The translations under genes and the position numbers were made by a program. Shown here one piece after another: positions 24,101 through 35,906 of a stretch of DNA of 64,000 nucleotides. The notes under the pieces are model-generated. The model was not told the origin of the DNA, did not search any database, and saw only the letters and a program-made list of their open reading frames with translations. How positions within the stretch are numbered: the first letter of the stretch is position 1; each line of letters opens with the position of its first letter. Source of the DNA: Epithemia pelagica (taxonomy: Eukaryota; Protista; Bacillariophyta). The DNA is taken from the NCBI GenBank assembly GCA_946965045.2, contig OX337234.1, positions 124,001 through 188,000 of the forward strand, given 5' to 3'.

Positions 24101-27100
24101 AGCTCGTGTGTTTCAAACCAACCAATTTGGCCAGAAGCAAGACATTGACCATGCGTCGTTCACGTCGTTCTTCAAAAAACAAGCACGAAAGTAACTGATC
24201 CAACAGACATCCGTAGTACATGGCCGTACCGGCTCGGAAACATTCTTGGTCGTCTTGGTCACTCGGTTCAGGCCGAAATTGCAAGGCCTTGGTCAAGGGT
24301 TTGTACAGCATGGTGTGAAGCATTGTCATGACGTGTGCCCCTTGCGTACCCTCGTCCAAGACTGGATTGCGGGTCGTCATGGTTCGAAAGCCTTGTACTA
24401 CCAATCGAGACAAAGAGGTATAGAGTTCTCCGTGACTGCGCTGCAACCGTGCCAGAATGCCGACACCCACTTGCGCCAGGGTTGGAATTTCACATTCCAC
24501 CCGTTGAAAGGGTTCGTCCTTCTTCTTGTTGGTTTCTGTTGTTTTCTTTGTTTCGGCATTGCTCACGTTCCACACGTGAATCACTTCGGCAATGGGTTCT
24601 CGTCCATGTCCGCGCGTCATTTCCGACACCCACCCTCGTTTGGTCCGGTATCGTAGAATACCCGAGGAATTGATGCATCGATCGGTTCCTTCCACCACTT
24701 CTCCCATTTCCATACTTCCGACACTGGCACAGGAATCAATTTCAATCCCATTTCGTACGACAGCTCCTTCGGGACACACGATTCGCAACCGATACCGACA
24801 CGAAACCGATGCCGACGATTGGGATGCTCCTTCCTCTCGCTGCGCTTGTTGGGCCCGCGCCTGACACACATGCCAGAGAGCTTCTTGTTGGACCCTGGTC
24901 AAATCCTGTACGAGGCCCACAAAGGCGGGTGCCGTGATGTAGGTGCGCCATTGCGTCAAGAGCGTCGTTTGCGTGGTCGAACTGCCCATGGACAAATCGT
25001 CCATTCGACGTCCCACGGCCTTGAGGACCAAGGCCAGATTGCCACCCACCCACGAGAGTCGGGCGGCACTCTGCAAGACTCGAGCCATTGCGTGCATGTC
25101 GTCGTTCGAGGTCAATTCGTACAAACGCAAATCGGGCAAGACGCCCAATACACCACGGTCCGTCGGGTTGTTGTTGTTGCCACGTCGTTGCGCCATGAGC
25201 GACTGTTGGGCCGTGTCCCATTCGGTCAAGGCTTGTCGGGTTTCTTGGGCCATGACCTCAAGCAGGTCGTTTGGATTGAGTTTCAACAAGATACACTTGA
25301 GGGCCAAGGTTAAGGAATCTTCAATCGTGGAATGATGCAAATTAGATACGGCCAAGGAGGACAAGCAACTCACATGGACCAAAAAGTTCCAACCTGTAGG
25401 AAAGGTGGCGCGATACAAGTCCAAGAGGGCTGTCAGTCCACCCGCCTCACAAAAGGGTTCGACATGATCGTCATTGTGCAAGACTTGTTCCAACAATTGT
25501 CCCATATTCAACACGTATTGAATCAAACACGACCGTTTCGTTTCGAGTTCCACACTCCGTTCGTCTCGGCCCGATTCTTCTTGGGACGACAAGGCCCGGC
25601 CCAATTCCACGACATGATTCATGGCTTGGACAATGGCGGACAAGACGAGGGGTTTGACCCCTTCCACGTGGCGCATAATTTCTTCCAAGCCCGTGCCGAC
25701 AATGGCCGTCAATTCATTCAACAAACACTTGCTGGCCGGCATGGCATAGTGCGGATGGGTAAAGATGCGACACAGGGCTGGAAACGGATTGGCTTGTTTG
25801 ACCGCCTTGGCGCCCGCTTCCGTCAAGGACAGGGCCGCCAAGACATTGGGGATGGACATTAACAGTTCCGGAATGGGTGGGAGCGAGGGAGTCGACGAAG
25901 GCGACGACGACGTCATCATGTCAAAAAAGGCTTGGGCAATGCCGACTTCATGGACATGATGGACCAAATGGGGATCGTGATTCAAGACATCGCTCAACAT
26001 GGTGGAAATGAGCGAGGTGACATGCCCCCCATAGGCTGGTACATGACGGAGAATGTGGGTAATGGCATTGGCCAAGGTTGGCTGTTTCAATTGATTGGAT
26101 CCCTGCGTCGACGACGTCGTACCAGCTGCAGTGGTTTCCCGCGTTTCGTGTTCTTGATGAAACACGACCGTCAAACATGTAAGCAAGGAAAAGATCAAAA
26201 TGCGTTGCGCCGGAGACGGACCCTTCTTGTCGTTTACGTGAATGGGCAATAATTCGCGCGACAATCGTTCCGTCAAAATCACCACGCCTTGCAAATCGCC
26301 AAAGGCATGGACGGCATTCATTTGGGCGACAATCAAGGTTTCCAAAATTTGCACCGCTTGCGCCGTGACAAACTGCAACTGCGCGACAATCGAGGCATGG
26401 GGGGTCAGGGACGCTGTGGCCTCCAAGTGCAAGAGTCCTCGAACCGTCTCGTCGGTATCCAAAGCGATCAAGGACAAGAGCGCGGGGACCATGCCACTTT
26501 CCGTCAAGGCGGCGGCGCCCGCGGGTGTGGAGGTGACCACCAAGGTCAATTGCAACAAGGTATCCAACCAGACGAGCGCTTGTTGGACTTGGACTGAACG
26601 GGGTGGCCGTGGGGGTGCCGTGGCTTCCAAAAAGGCCAATCCCAAATCCATGGCCATGGCTTCGTCCTCGTCCATACGATGAGTGGGTGTTTGGTTGGTG
26701 CTCTGATTCTTGTCGTTGTCCGTTTCATTGTCCACGCCTTGCATGGTTTGGTCCTCCTTGACATTCCCTGTACTGTTGTTCGTGTGGTGGTTCCGTGTCG
26801 TCGACGTTGTTGTCGTGGTGGTAATGGCCGCGAGAGAATAGCGCACCAAGGTGGGCAAGACGCCCATGTACAAGCCCTTGCCAATGCCCAATTCCGTCAA
26901 AATGGTCGACAAGCGCAATTCGGCCACGACGGGTGTGGTCCCGGGATGCGCGGCATGATCGCGACGGGCCACCAAGGCCGTCAAGGCTTGCAGGGCCAAG
27001 ACGCGGACGGACCAGGGAATGGCTTGTCCGTGCGCCGCCAAATGCGACAAGGCATCGTGGGGATGCGGAGTGCCGTGTCTCCTGGTCGTCGTCGTCGTGC

Positions 27101-28949
27101 TGCTGCTACTAGTCGTGGGATGAATCGTGGCATCGGCCACGGTCGGTCGGACCAAATCAACCAATTCGGCAATGCATTCGGGTTGGGCTTGCACATAGCC
27201 CAAGACCAATTCTTGTTGTTGGGGCGATGTCACGGTTGGCGATGCCACTTGATGCAACATGGCCGTCCAGGCCTGCAAGCGCAATTCCACGGCTGCCACC
27301 ACGTGGTCGTGACACTCGTGATAGGACCGGGCCAACTGTAGGTCGGCCACCAAGCCAAACAAGCGATCCGGGTTCTTTTTCGTTGTGGTTGTCGTTGGGG
27401 CAGTGGGAGTTGGATTCTGGTCACGACTACTACCAGTCGCTGTCGGAAACTTAGGTCGATCCTCGGCGGGCACTTGCTCGAGTGCCAGATTCCAAATCTC
27501 CGTCATGGATAACAGGTGATGATGATGATGTCGACCACCCCCTCCCGCGGCCGTGACGCGTCGTCGTTTTTGGGTCGAACTGAGTGGTACTTCATCATGG
27601 TCGTCTTCTTCTTCTTCCTCCATGGCAGCCGCCGCGCTACTACTACTATTTGTGCTCCACAATTGCGCCGCATCCAAATGCACGACACAGTCGGGACTGT
27701 GCACATAATGCACGTGGCCCGGTTCCGTCGGCCAGGGTTGGGCCGCCACGAGCGTGCGTCCCAAAGCTTCTTCGGTAGAATTCGTCGTCATGCTACTGCT
27801 TTCGACAAAGGCGGCATCGGCCGTCACGACTTGGGCCAATCCCAAGGATTGCGCGCGGGTGCCCCATCCCCGGGCGAGGGCGAGACAGCGCAATTGACAG
27901 GGCACGGGCAAGGCCGGGGGCGCCATGCCTTGCAAGAGTGGGCCGCCGCCAGGAGCCGACGGTTCCAAACAGGCCGCCAATCCGACATGATGCGAGGCTT
28001 GACAGGGCGCACAATAGGCGCACACCACAGCGGCACTCGCTTGAATCCACACCGCGTGACCACTCGCCAACAGGTCCGTCACTTCCCACAGGACCGAACT
28101 GGCCACTAGTTTGGAATAGGAATTGCGCAAGAGACTGGCCAAAAAGTGCAACATACGAGCCACGTCCGTCACCACGACGGACGAGTCGACAGGTTCCGGA
28201 CCCAGTGCCAAGACCCACTGCTCCTCGTCGTCGTCGTCATTGTCGTCCGGACTGTGAATGGCGCGGGGATGGGGATGCGGTGCGGTGCGAGCTGTGGGCG
28301 CCGACGCATGAACCACCCGTGGCACGGGGGGCAGCAAGAGCCACGAGGGATACACCCTCACCACATGCTTCAAAATCGCTGAAATCACCTTCAAGGCGGG
28401 TTTCCACAATTGCAAATCCACCTGTATAAATAGATGTAGATAGATAGATAGATAGATAGATATGTATATATCGAGTAGAATAGAGAAACCACAAAAACAA
28501 GAGCAAGCAAGCAAGCAAGAAAAGAAAAAAGGGGCCAATGGAACAATCACAACAACAACAAGATACCAAAACAAAAGAGAGAGAAAAGTGAGACAGACTT
28601 GTGTTTTCGGAGAAGAACAGGCAGGTAGCTATCCAGAAAGCCACAGGGAGCCTCCGGAGTAACGCCACAGCGACCAGACCACCGTGCACTCCATCCATCC
28701 CTATCGTACCTGTTCTCCAAAGGGCCACAGCAATGTCGTCGTGGAAGCAGTCGTTGGCACAAACTCGTCGAGGAGCTGCATCACTTGCGACCGCACGTCA
28801 TGTCCATTCGTACTTGTCGTAGTGTTGTGCAGGGCATTCCAGGCCGTGCGCAAGGCAATCAAGTGCGGGTCATATTCGCGAAATTCCGTCGGAAGCGGCG
28901 AGGAATCATCCTCGTTCGACGAATGGTGGAGTGCGAATGGTTCGGACAT
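15108..28949 (-). CDS. HUWE1: HECT E3 ubiquitin ligase, HUWE1/Tom1/UPL1-2 type (~4,517 aa); exons 28949-28710, 28421-15108
   Basis: C-terminal HECT domain with catalytic Cys (MSAHTCFNSLDLP); UBA domain (SIAGMLEMGFSRDHAIDAL, ~23295-23425); UBM-type repeats (IEPDVFHSLPREMQ, LDPEVLAALPEDMRQEV); acidic tract. Intron GAACAG|gtacga..tatacag|GTG. Confidence 0.93.
28437..28460 (+). repeat. (TAGA)6 microsatellite in the HECT intron
   Basis: Read directly. Confidence 0.9.
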
Positions 28950-29597
28950 GGTATATATGCGTATAGAGAGTCGTGCGTGCGTGTGTTTGGCAGTTCAATT
29001 CAACGACAGTCCCTTCTGCAACAACTCAACAACGACGACGAGACTCCAGGAGAGAATGGCAGAATCAACGGGGCATGGGGGAATCGGAAAGCCGAGTTTT
29101 TGGTGTGAAGCAACGATGCGCGCGGTGCAGGTCTTCCCCGAAACTGTGGAATGTCGTGGACGACCCTGGAATCACTCCTTTCACCACGCAGTTGTTGGAA
29201 TGTGGAGAGAGACTATTTTCTGCAAGGATTTGCAAACAGAGAGATCTCTTCGTCTCTGACTGTGATCTCTCCCTCTCTCGCTCTCTCGTTGTTCGTTTCT
29301 CTCGTTCTTCCTCGTTTCCAATGAAGAGGATACAAAGATGTTTTTTTTTTGTGCGTGTCTGTGTGCCCTCTCGCTGCGGCCCGAGAAGAGAAGCAACGAA
29401 TGTATGTACTCTCTGTAGGAGTCTGCATCTTTGCTGTGCCGTTTTGAGTAGAGACGGGTCACCTTCCAGATCGGTCGCAGGCGGTCGCGTTACAGTCGCG
29501 TAATGTTATGATGGACGACGACCACGTCGATGTTTTGATCAGTGTGGGTGTATTGTATGTATGTGGTGCATGGTCCATTGCCACCATCTCTCGTGAG

Positions 29598-29637
29598 AGA
29601 AGAAGAAGAAGAAGAAGAAGAAGAAGAAGAAGAAGAA
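29598..29637 (+). repeat. (AGA)~13 microsatellite
   Basis: Read directly. Confidence 0.9.
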
Positions 29638-30367
29638 AACAACCACTACAAAACAACACCAAAAGCATGGACAGTTGGGTGGTGGGACAATTTGCCTTTT
29701 GGATCACCGTGCGAGAGGTACGTATAGTGCGTAGTACTACATCATACTTGGCGTGGAGAATGCTGTGTGGCGTTGTTGCGGGCCAACACACACACAAGTG
29801 TCGTGTCGTATACGAGGAGGAGACGCGGGTGGGCCCGAGCTGATACGACGATACTGCCAATGATATTCGCTACCGCACAACCTACAGAGGAGAACAACCA
29901 CAACCACAACCACAACACCAACCACCCCGTCCTGGTTCACCACCCACCACCAAAAAACGCATCCGTGGTCCACTGTGCTCCTACGGTATCCACGACACGA
30001 GCAGCAGCAAACCGCAACCGCCACATCTATATGCTACGAGACCCTACAATAAATTGGCGGTCGTGTGCAGTCGTTTGGTAGCCACCACCGGCCAACGACT
30101 TCACATTAACGCAACCAACACACACGCATTGGATCCAGTTTGGGTTGGTCGACCACAGCGTGCGCGAGTCGGTGTCCCTCGTCGCATGGTCCTGTCTGTC
30201 ATGTGCACATTCATGGAGCACAGAAATCCGTGTCTCACGTATAGTGTTCTCGTCGTTCGTTGTATTTTGGCGTTTGTTCTTCTTGTTGTCCTATTATGGA
30301 TTCGGTGGTTGGAATCGATATCCATTGGTATACACACCCTCGAATCGAATCGTCGACTCGGGAATGC

Positions 30368-30457
30368 CGTTTGGTTGGGAATCTCTCCATCCTTTTTTCT
30401 CTACATTGATAACGTTTGGTTGGGAATCTCTCCATCCTTTGTTCTCTACATTGATAA
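30368..30457 (+). repeat. Tandem 45-bp duplication
   Basis: CGTTTGGTTGGGAATCTCTCCATCCTTT[T/G]TTCTCTACATTGATAA twice (30368-30412, 30413-30457), one mismatch. Confidence 0.95.
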
Positions 30458-32009
30458 TAGGTCAATCCCACACAAATTGTGGACTATGTCATTCAAACCT
30501 GGTTGGATCTCATGACACCGGGACGGGGAGCGGGCGAATCGCAATGGTACGTAGTAGTACAGGAAGAGACAGCGCCGACCGAGAAATGTGTGATGTCGGG
30601 CGGTGAGGAAGAGTGTTTGTGTGGTTCCGCAGCATTCGGTGGTGGTAATGGTTCTGGATGCCGTGTCCACGGGGGAGCGACCCGTGAGACGCCGAATCTA
30701 CCCGACAAAACAATCGACGACGATTGGGTTCCATGCTTCTTGTTGGGAGGAGGATGTAGTTGGAGTGATTGGGTGATGCTGCTGGTGCAACGCTTTATAC
30801 TCACATGTGTTTGTGTGATCGTTCTGGTTGTTCTGCTCCTTGTGGCCGTTCTCATGGGGTGTCTCTACTACTACGACAACGACGACACTAAAGGTGGATG
30901 CGGGCGGTCCGGAATTTGGAACAATCGACGGAACGAGCCCGATTGGAATTGGACGTAAGAAGTGACTTGCGAAACTGGGACAGTGCCCATCCCGAATTGC
31001 ATCATGAACTCATGGTCCGTTACATTTGTGGAGCGGTCGTTTCCGTCGTGGCCACGTCCTTTTATCAAAGTTTGTGGAGGGCCCTGCGGACAACGAGTAG
31101 TGGTGCTTCGGATCGTCGATCGTCGCACAATCTCTAATAAAACACACACACACTGTCGGTGTATGTGTGACGCGCGACAAGTGTGTGTCCATGGGTCGCT
31201 TCTACAGATGTATACACAAGACCAACAGTTCTGTGGAGGAGGAGAGATAGAGGGAGAGGAGACTCTATGCTAGTAGAAACTGTGGCGGCAGACTCATCCT
31301 GTTGTGCTGGTAGTAGAGTCGAGGGCCCGTCCTCCTCCGGAACCAGGGTTTTGTGTATATGATCCTCCAAGACAAACCTTTTTTGGTAGACACCCTGCTT
31401 CTATCTAGAGTGTTTGTATTCTTCTTTTGGTTGTCGTTGTCCGGACTTTTACCACAAGAATGACTCTGTCGAGAGTCAACTCCAGTACCAATGGTACCCA
31501 AACCTCGTTTCATTTGTTCCTACTAACCTCTGGGGAAAGGAGAGAGAGCAAAGATTGAAAAAGCCCTTGTCCATGCCAAGACGTTGTCCCTCGAACTGCC
31601 TCGGAGACGAATCCAGCAGTCGCTGTCCGCTGAAACGGCAATCGGACCGTTCCACGAGCACATGTCACGCCTGACTGGGATCCAGTGCGAATCAGCACCT
31701 CTTGTGTGATCGGTCGAGATGCGTCCTCTCAACCATGGAAACCGCTCCGCTTCGTTCCCTTCGACACGGCGACGGACTCTCCCAACACACAGCATGTAGG
31801 ATGGATTTGGATCGGTCGACTTGTGTTCGATGGAGAACAAGCACGAATCAGTCGTACTCCACGCCAACACCTAGAACCTTCAACGAAAACGCAACAGTCA
31901 GTCCAAACACATCCATAACACATCTTGTTCCATGGAGTCTTGATGCCACAAAAAGAAAGCGCTTCTCGTAGAGTAACGACCTTTTTGATGTTCCACCAAA
32001 AAAAGTCCA

Positions 32010-33134
32010 ATGCCCGCAAGTATGAAGGTTCACGAACAAGCGTTATTGTCAGGATTGGTCTTTGCGGACAGCAAGGACAAATTAGAACCAAAGTGGAGGC
32101 CATCAAGTGAAAATTGGACTCCACTCATGGGACGGCATGTGTGGGGCCATGCGTCGGTTGTCGTTCATCATACACACACGAACCACGACAAGATGGTGGT
32201 TGTGTTGGGAGGTCGATTTAATGGTACAACAAATTCGGTTAGTCTCTGGATCGTTGGCGAGAAAAGGTGGCAAAATGGACCGCCTCTACAAGAAAAACGA
32301 GGAAATCTTGCTTCTGTGGTTTGCAGTGGCGCTGTTTACGCCATTGGCGGATTCAATGGCCACACTGCCTTGGATACTATTGAACGTATCCATGTCGGCG
32401 ATTTACTTCATTCATCATCTTCATCTTCCGGCAACAGCACCAAGGGATGGAAGATGTTGAAGTGTCGATTGACGAGTAAACGATATGGATGCGCCGCTGT
32501 TTCTGTTTCCGACAGATTTATTGTGATGGCGGGCGGACGCATTTCTAGTTACGCCGATTGCTTATCATCCGTTGATATCTTGGACACGGCATCTGGGAAC
32601 CCATATTCGGTCGCATCTGGGCCATCGTTGAAAAAAGGTCGAAGCTTTTTTGCAATGGCTGTGGTAGGTTCACGCATCTATGCTGTTGGTGGATGGGATG
32701 GAATTATGACGTACGGTGATTGCCGGAAATCGGTCGAATACCTTGAGTTTGATGACTGCTTGGATCCTGCCACCTCCACTGTGGCATTGTCGACAGAGTC
32801 TTGGACCATCCATGAGGAACTTGTTTTGAACATGCCGAGAGCTGGATTGTCTGCAGTCCAAGTGGGCTCCTGTCTTGTCGTGGCAGGAGGAGGCGATGAC
32901 AGCGGTCTATCCGTATATGCTGTGGAGGTTTTGGATACTGTGAGAAACATGGTTTGGGAGCTTCCGGACTTGACAGTGGGGAGGGGTATTTGTGACCTGG
33001 TGTCCTTGCCGAATACTCTTGCTGTGATTCGTCGCAGTAGTGGAGAAGAGTTTTCGTCTGAAACACTGTCACTTGTGGATAAGAAGAGTTGGCTCTTTGC
33101 ACGGTTGATGGAGATTGGCAAAGTTCCAACCTAG
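32010..33134 (+). CDS. Kelch-repeat (beta-propeller) protein, 374 aa, intronless
   Basis: Repeated GG-containing Kelch motifs (VVVLGG, VYAIGGFNG..DTIERI, IVMAGG, IYAVGG, LVVAGG..VEVLD). No BTB or F-box seen. Confidence 0.9.
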   Translation: MPASMKVHEQALLSGLVFADSKDKLEPKWRPSSENWTPLMGRHVWGHASVVVHHTHTNHDKMVVVLGGRFNGTTNSVSLWIVGEKRWQNGPPLQEKRGNLASVVCSGAVYAIGGFNGHTALDTIERIHVGDLLHSSSSSSGNSTKGWKMLKCRLTSKRYGCAAVSVSDRFIVMAGGRISSYADCLSSVDILDTASGNPYSVASGPSLKKGRSFFAMAVVGSRIYAVGGWDGIMTYGDCRKSVEYLEFDDCLDPATSTVALSTESWTIHEELVLNMPRAGLSAVQVGSCLVVAGGGDDSGLSVYAVEVLDTVRNMVWELPDLTVGRGICDLVSLPNTLAVIRRSSGEEFSSETLSLVDKKSWLFARLMEIGKVPT

Positions 33135-33477
33135 AAGCACACTACACTCCTGCTTTTCGTTCGGACTCTGTGTCAAGAGGTTCTGTGGAGACGGATCTTG
33201 ATGACCAGGAAATGAATACTTTGATTGTGATGACTGTCGTGTTTTGGTTTGACCGTGTCCCATCCTTGATATGGTCTCTTTGTACTAGCAGCAGAGAGCG
33301 AGTGTGGTGTCAGTCTGCGATTTGCCAGAGAGAAATAATAGGGGCCCACATTGGCCATTCGGTTTTCCGTTGGGGCCGGAAAAGTGTGATATCGTTCCCT
33401 CTCCCATAGTGGATAGAGATTCATCTTAGTGCTAGAGCTTAGCCGCCAGAGGAGGACGGAGTTGTTGTTGGTGGTGA

Positions 33478-33695
33478 CGACCATTGTGTTCTTTGGGGTC
33501 GATTGTATGAGGCTCCGGCTCCGTGTGTTGATGATGGTCCCCCGGCGCGCTCGAGACCGTTGAATCACGATCAAGACTAACAGTCGCGAACACTATTTAA
33601 ATCTAATTTAAGTAGAGTAACGTTCAGGACCGTTGAATTTGGAAGACAACGCGCTCCGACGATGGCGTCTTGCGCCTTTCACCACGAAAGCACAA
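33478..33695 (+). repeat. Direct repeat of the Kelch-2 upstream region (second copy ~35355-35597)
   Basis: Colinear similarity with an identical 51-bp core at 33609-33659 and 35509-35559. Confidence 0.85.
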
Positions 33696-33844
33696 ACCAA
33701 AGAACCATATCTAAGATGGGACACACTCAAACCAAAACACGACAGTCATGACAATCAAAGTATTCAGTTCCTGGTGACCAAGACCCGTCTCCACAGAAAC
33801 TGTTGACACAGGGTCCGAAAGAAAAGCATGAGTGTGCTGTGCTG

Positions 33845-34984
33845 TTAGGTTGGAACTTTGCCCATCTCCAACAAACGTGCAAAGAGCCAACTCTTCTTGT
33901 CCACAAGTGACAGTGTTTCACACGAAAATCTTTTTCCACTACTGCGAGTAATCATTACAAGAGTATTCGGCAAGGACACCAGGCCGCAAACATCCCTCCT
34001 CACTGTCACGTCCGGAAGCTCCCAAACCATGTTTCTCACAGTATCCAAAACCTCCACAGAATGAACGTCTGCATACATGTCGCCCCATCCTCCTGCAACA
34101 ACCAGACAGGAACCCACCTGGACTGCAGACAATTTAGCTCTCGACTTGTTCAAAATGAGTTTCTTGTGGACGGTCCAGGACTTTGTGGACAATGCGACAC
34201 TGGATGTGGCAGTGGGAGCATCCAACCAGTCATCAAACTCCAGGTATTCGACCGATTCCCGGCATTCCAACGGCAATACTCTCCCACACCCACCAACAGC
34301 ATAGATGCGTGAACCTAACACAGCCATTGCAAAATGGCTTCGAGCTTCTTTCAACGATGGTCCCGATATGACCGAATATGGGCTCCCAAGTGCGGTGTCC
34401 AAGATATCAAGGGATGATAAGCAATTGTCGTTGCTAGAAATGCTTCCGCCCGCCACCACAATAAATCTCTCGGAAACAGAAACAGCGGCGCATCCATATC
34501 GTTTACTCGTCAATCGACACTTCAACATCTTCCATCCCTTGGTGCTGTTGCCGGAAGATGAAGATGAGGAATGAAGTAAATCGCCGACATGGATACGTTC
34601 AATAGTATCCAAGGCAGTGTGGCCATTGAATCCGCCAATCGCGTAAACAGCGCCATTGCATACCACGGAAGCAAGATTTCTTCGTTTTTCTTGTAAAGGC
34701 GGTCCAGTTTGCCATCTTGAATCGCCAACGTTCCAGAGACTAACGAAATTTGTTGGACCATCATAAGTAGGCACCGGCCATCCTCCCAACAAAACCACCA
34801 TCTTGTCGCGGTTCATGGCTGGATGATGCACGACAACCGACGCGTGGTCCTGCATATGCCGCCCCATGAGTGGAGTCCAATTTTCACTAGATGGCCTCCA
34901 CTGCGGTTCTCTTTCGTCCTTTCTGTCGGCAAAGACCAATCCTGACAACAAAGCTTGTTCCTGGATCGTCATCTTTGTGGGCAT
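33845..34984 (-). CDS. Kelch-repeat protein, 379 aa, paralogue of 32010-33134
   Basis: Same Kelch motifs with long identical stretches (GGFNGHTALDTIERIHVGDLLHSSSSSSGNSTKGWKMLKCRLTSKRYGCAAVSVS). Confidence 0.9.
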   Translation of the reverse strand: MPTKMTIQEQALLSGLVFADRKDEREPQWRPSSENWTPLMGRHMQDHASVVVHHPAMNRDKMVVLLGGWPVPTYDGPTNFVSLWNVGDSRWQTGPPLQEKRRNLASVVCNGAVYAIGGFNGHTALDTIERIHVGDLLHSSSSSSGNSTKGWKMLKCRLTSKRYGCAAVSVSERFIVVAGGSISSNDNCLSSLDILDTALGSPYSVISGPSLKEARSHFAMAVLGSRIYAVGGCGRVLPLECRESVEYLEFDDWLDAPTATSSVALSTKSWTVHKKLILNKSRAKLSAVQVGSCLVVAGGWGDMYADVHSVEVLDTVRNMVWELPDVTVRRDVCGLVSLPNTLVMITRSSGKRFSCETLSLVDKKSWLFARLLEMGKVPT

Positions 34985-35906
34985 TGGACTTTTTTGTGGA
35001 ACCAGTCAAAAAGGCCGTTACTCTACGAGGGGCGCTTTCTTCTTGTGACATAAAGACTCCATGGAACAAGATGTGTTATGGATGTGTTTCGACTGACTGT
35101 TTCGTTTTCGTTGAAGGTTCTAGGTGTTGGCGGGGATTACGACTGATTCGTGCTTGTTCTCCATCGAACACAATTCGACCGATCCAAATCCATCCTACAT
35201 GCTGTGTTTGAAGAGTCAATTGCAAGGGAACGAAGCGGAGCGGTTTCGATGGTTGAGAGGACACATCTCTACAGATCACCAGAGGTGCTGATTCGCACTG
35301 GATCCCAGTTAGGCGTGACATGTGCTCGTTGAACTGTCCGAGCGGACAACGAGGTGACGACCATCGTTCTTGGGGGTCGATTGTATGGGGCTCCGACTCT
35401 GGCGCTGTCTCATGTGTGGATGATGATCCCCCGGCGCGCATGAGACCGTTGAAGCACGATCGGGACTACCAGTCGCGCACACTATTTATATCTAATATCG
35501 TTATTGTATAAGTAGAGTAACGTTCAGGACCGTTGAATTTGGAAGACAACGCGCTCCGAGGCGTTAGAATCTTTCCTTCCCTACCACAAAAGGCACTTGG
35601 TGCGTAACAGAGCCACAACACACAACAGCCAAAGATGCTCTCTCTCCACAACAGATACGACCACCAACACCACGACCAACGCCATAGGATGGTCCGGATT
35701 GATACTGTGAAGCGTGATTCGTACGTACCAAACAGACAGTTCGATTTGGATCGAGTCGAGTAGAAAGTACGAGCTCTACAACCGGAGCAGCCAAGTCTCT
35801 CGACAAACAAAGAGATGGAATGGATTCTCTGTTTCGACTACTACTAATTATATTCGTTCTTTTCCATGTATATAAAGATCTCTGACAAGCACTGGTTGCG
35901 GAGTTG

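Larger units (their letters stand above)
31625..35350. repeat. Large inverted duplication: arms ~31625-33282 and ~33698-35350, spacer ~415 bp
   Basis: Both Kelch CDSs and their 5' and 3' flanks are reverse complements, e.g. 31670-31960 vs 35040-35320 and 33120-33282 vs 33698-33860. Confidence 0.9.

Noticed and set aside
15399-28430. Dozens of + strand and alternate-frame ORFs overlapping the HECT gene
   Set aside because: Antisense or shadow frames of a long GC-balanced CDS, with no recognisable motifs.
29460-31400. Possible multi-exon gene(s), e.g. MDSWVVGQFAFWITVRE|gtacgt at 29668 (+) and exons at 31370-30871 (-)
   Set aside because: Plausible splice sites exist on both strands, but I could not build a consistent model or recognise a domain. 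RNA-seq is needed.
2872-34984. SUMO, HECT ligase and Kelch genes as a ubiquitin-pathway gene cluster
   Set aside because: Unrelated genes are interspersed, these families are large, and there is no evidence of co-regulation. Probably coincidence.
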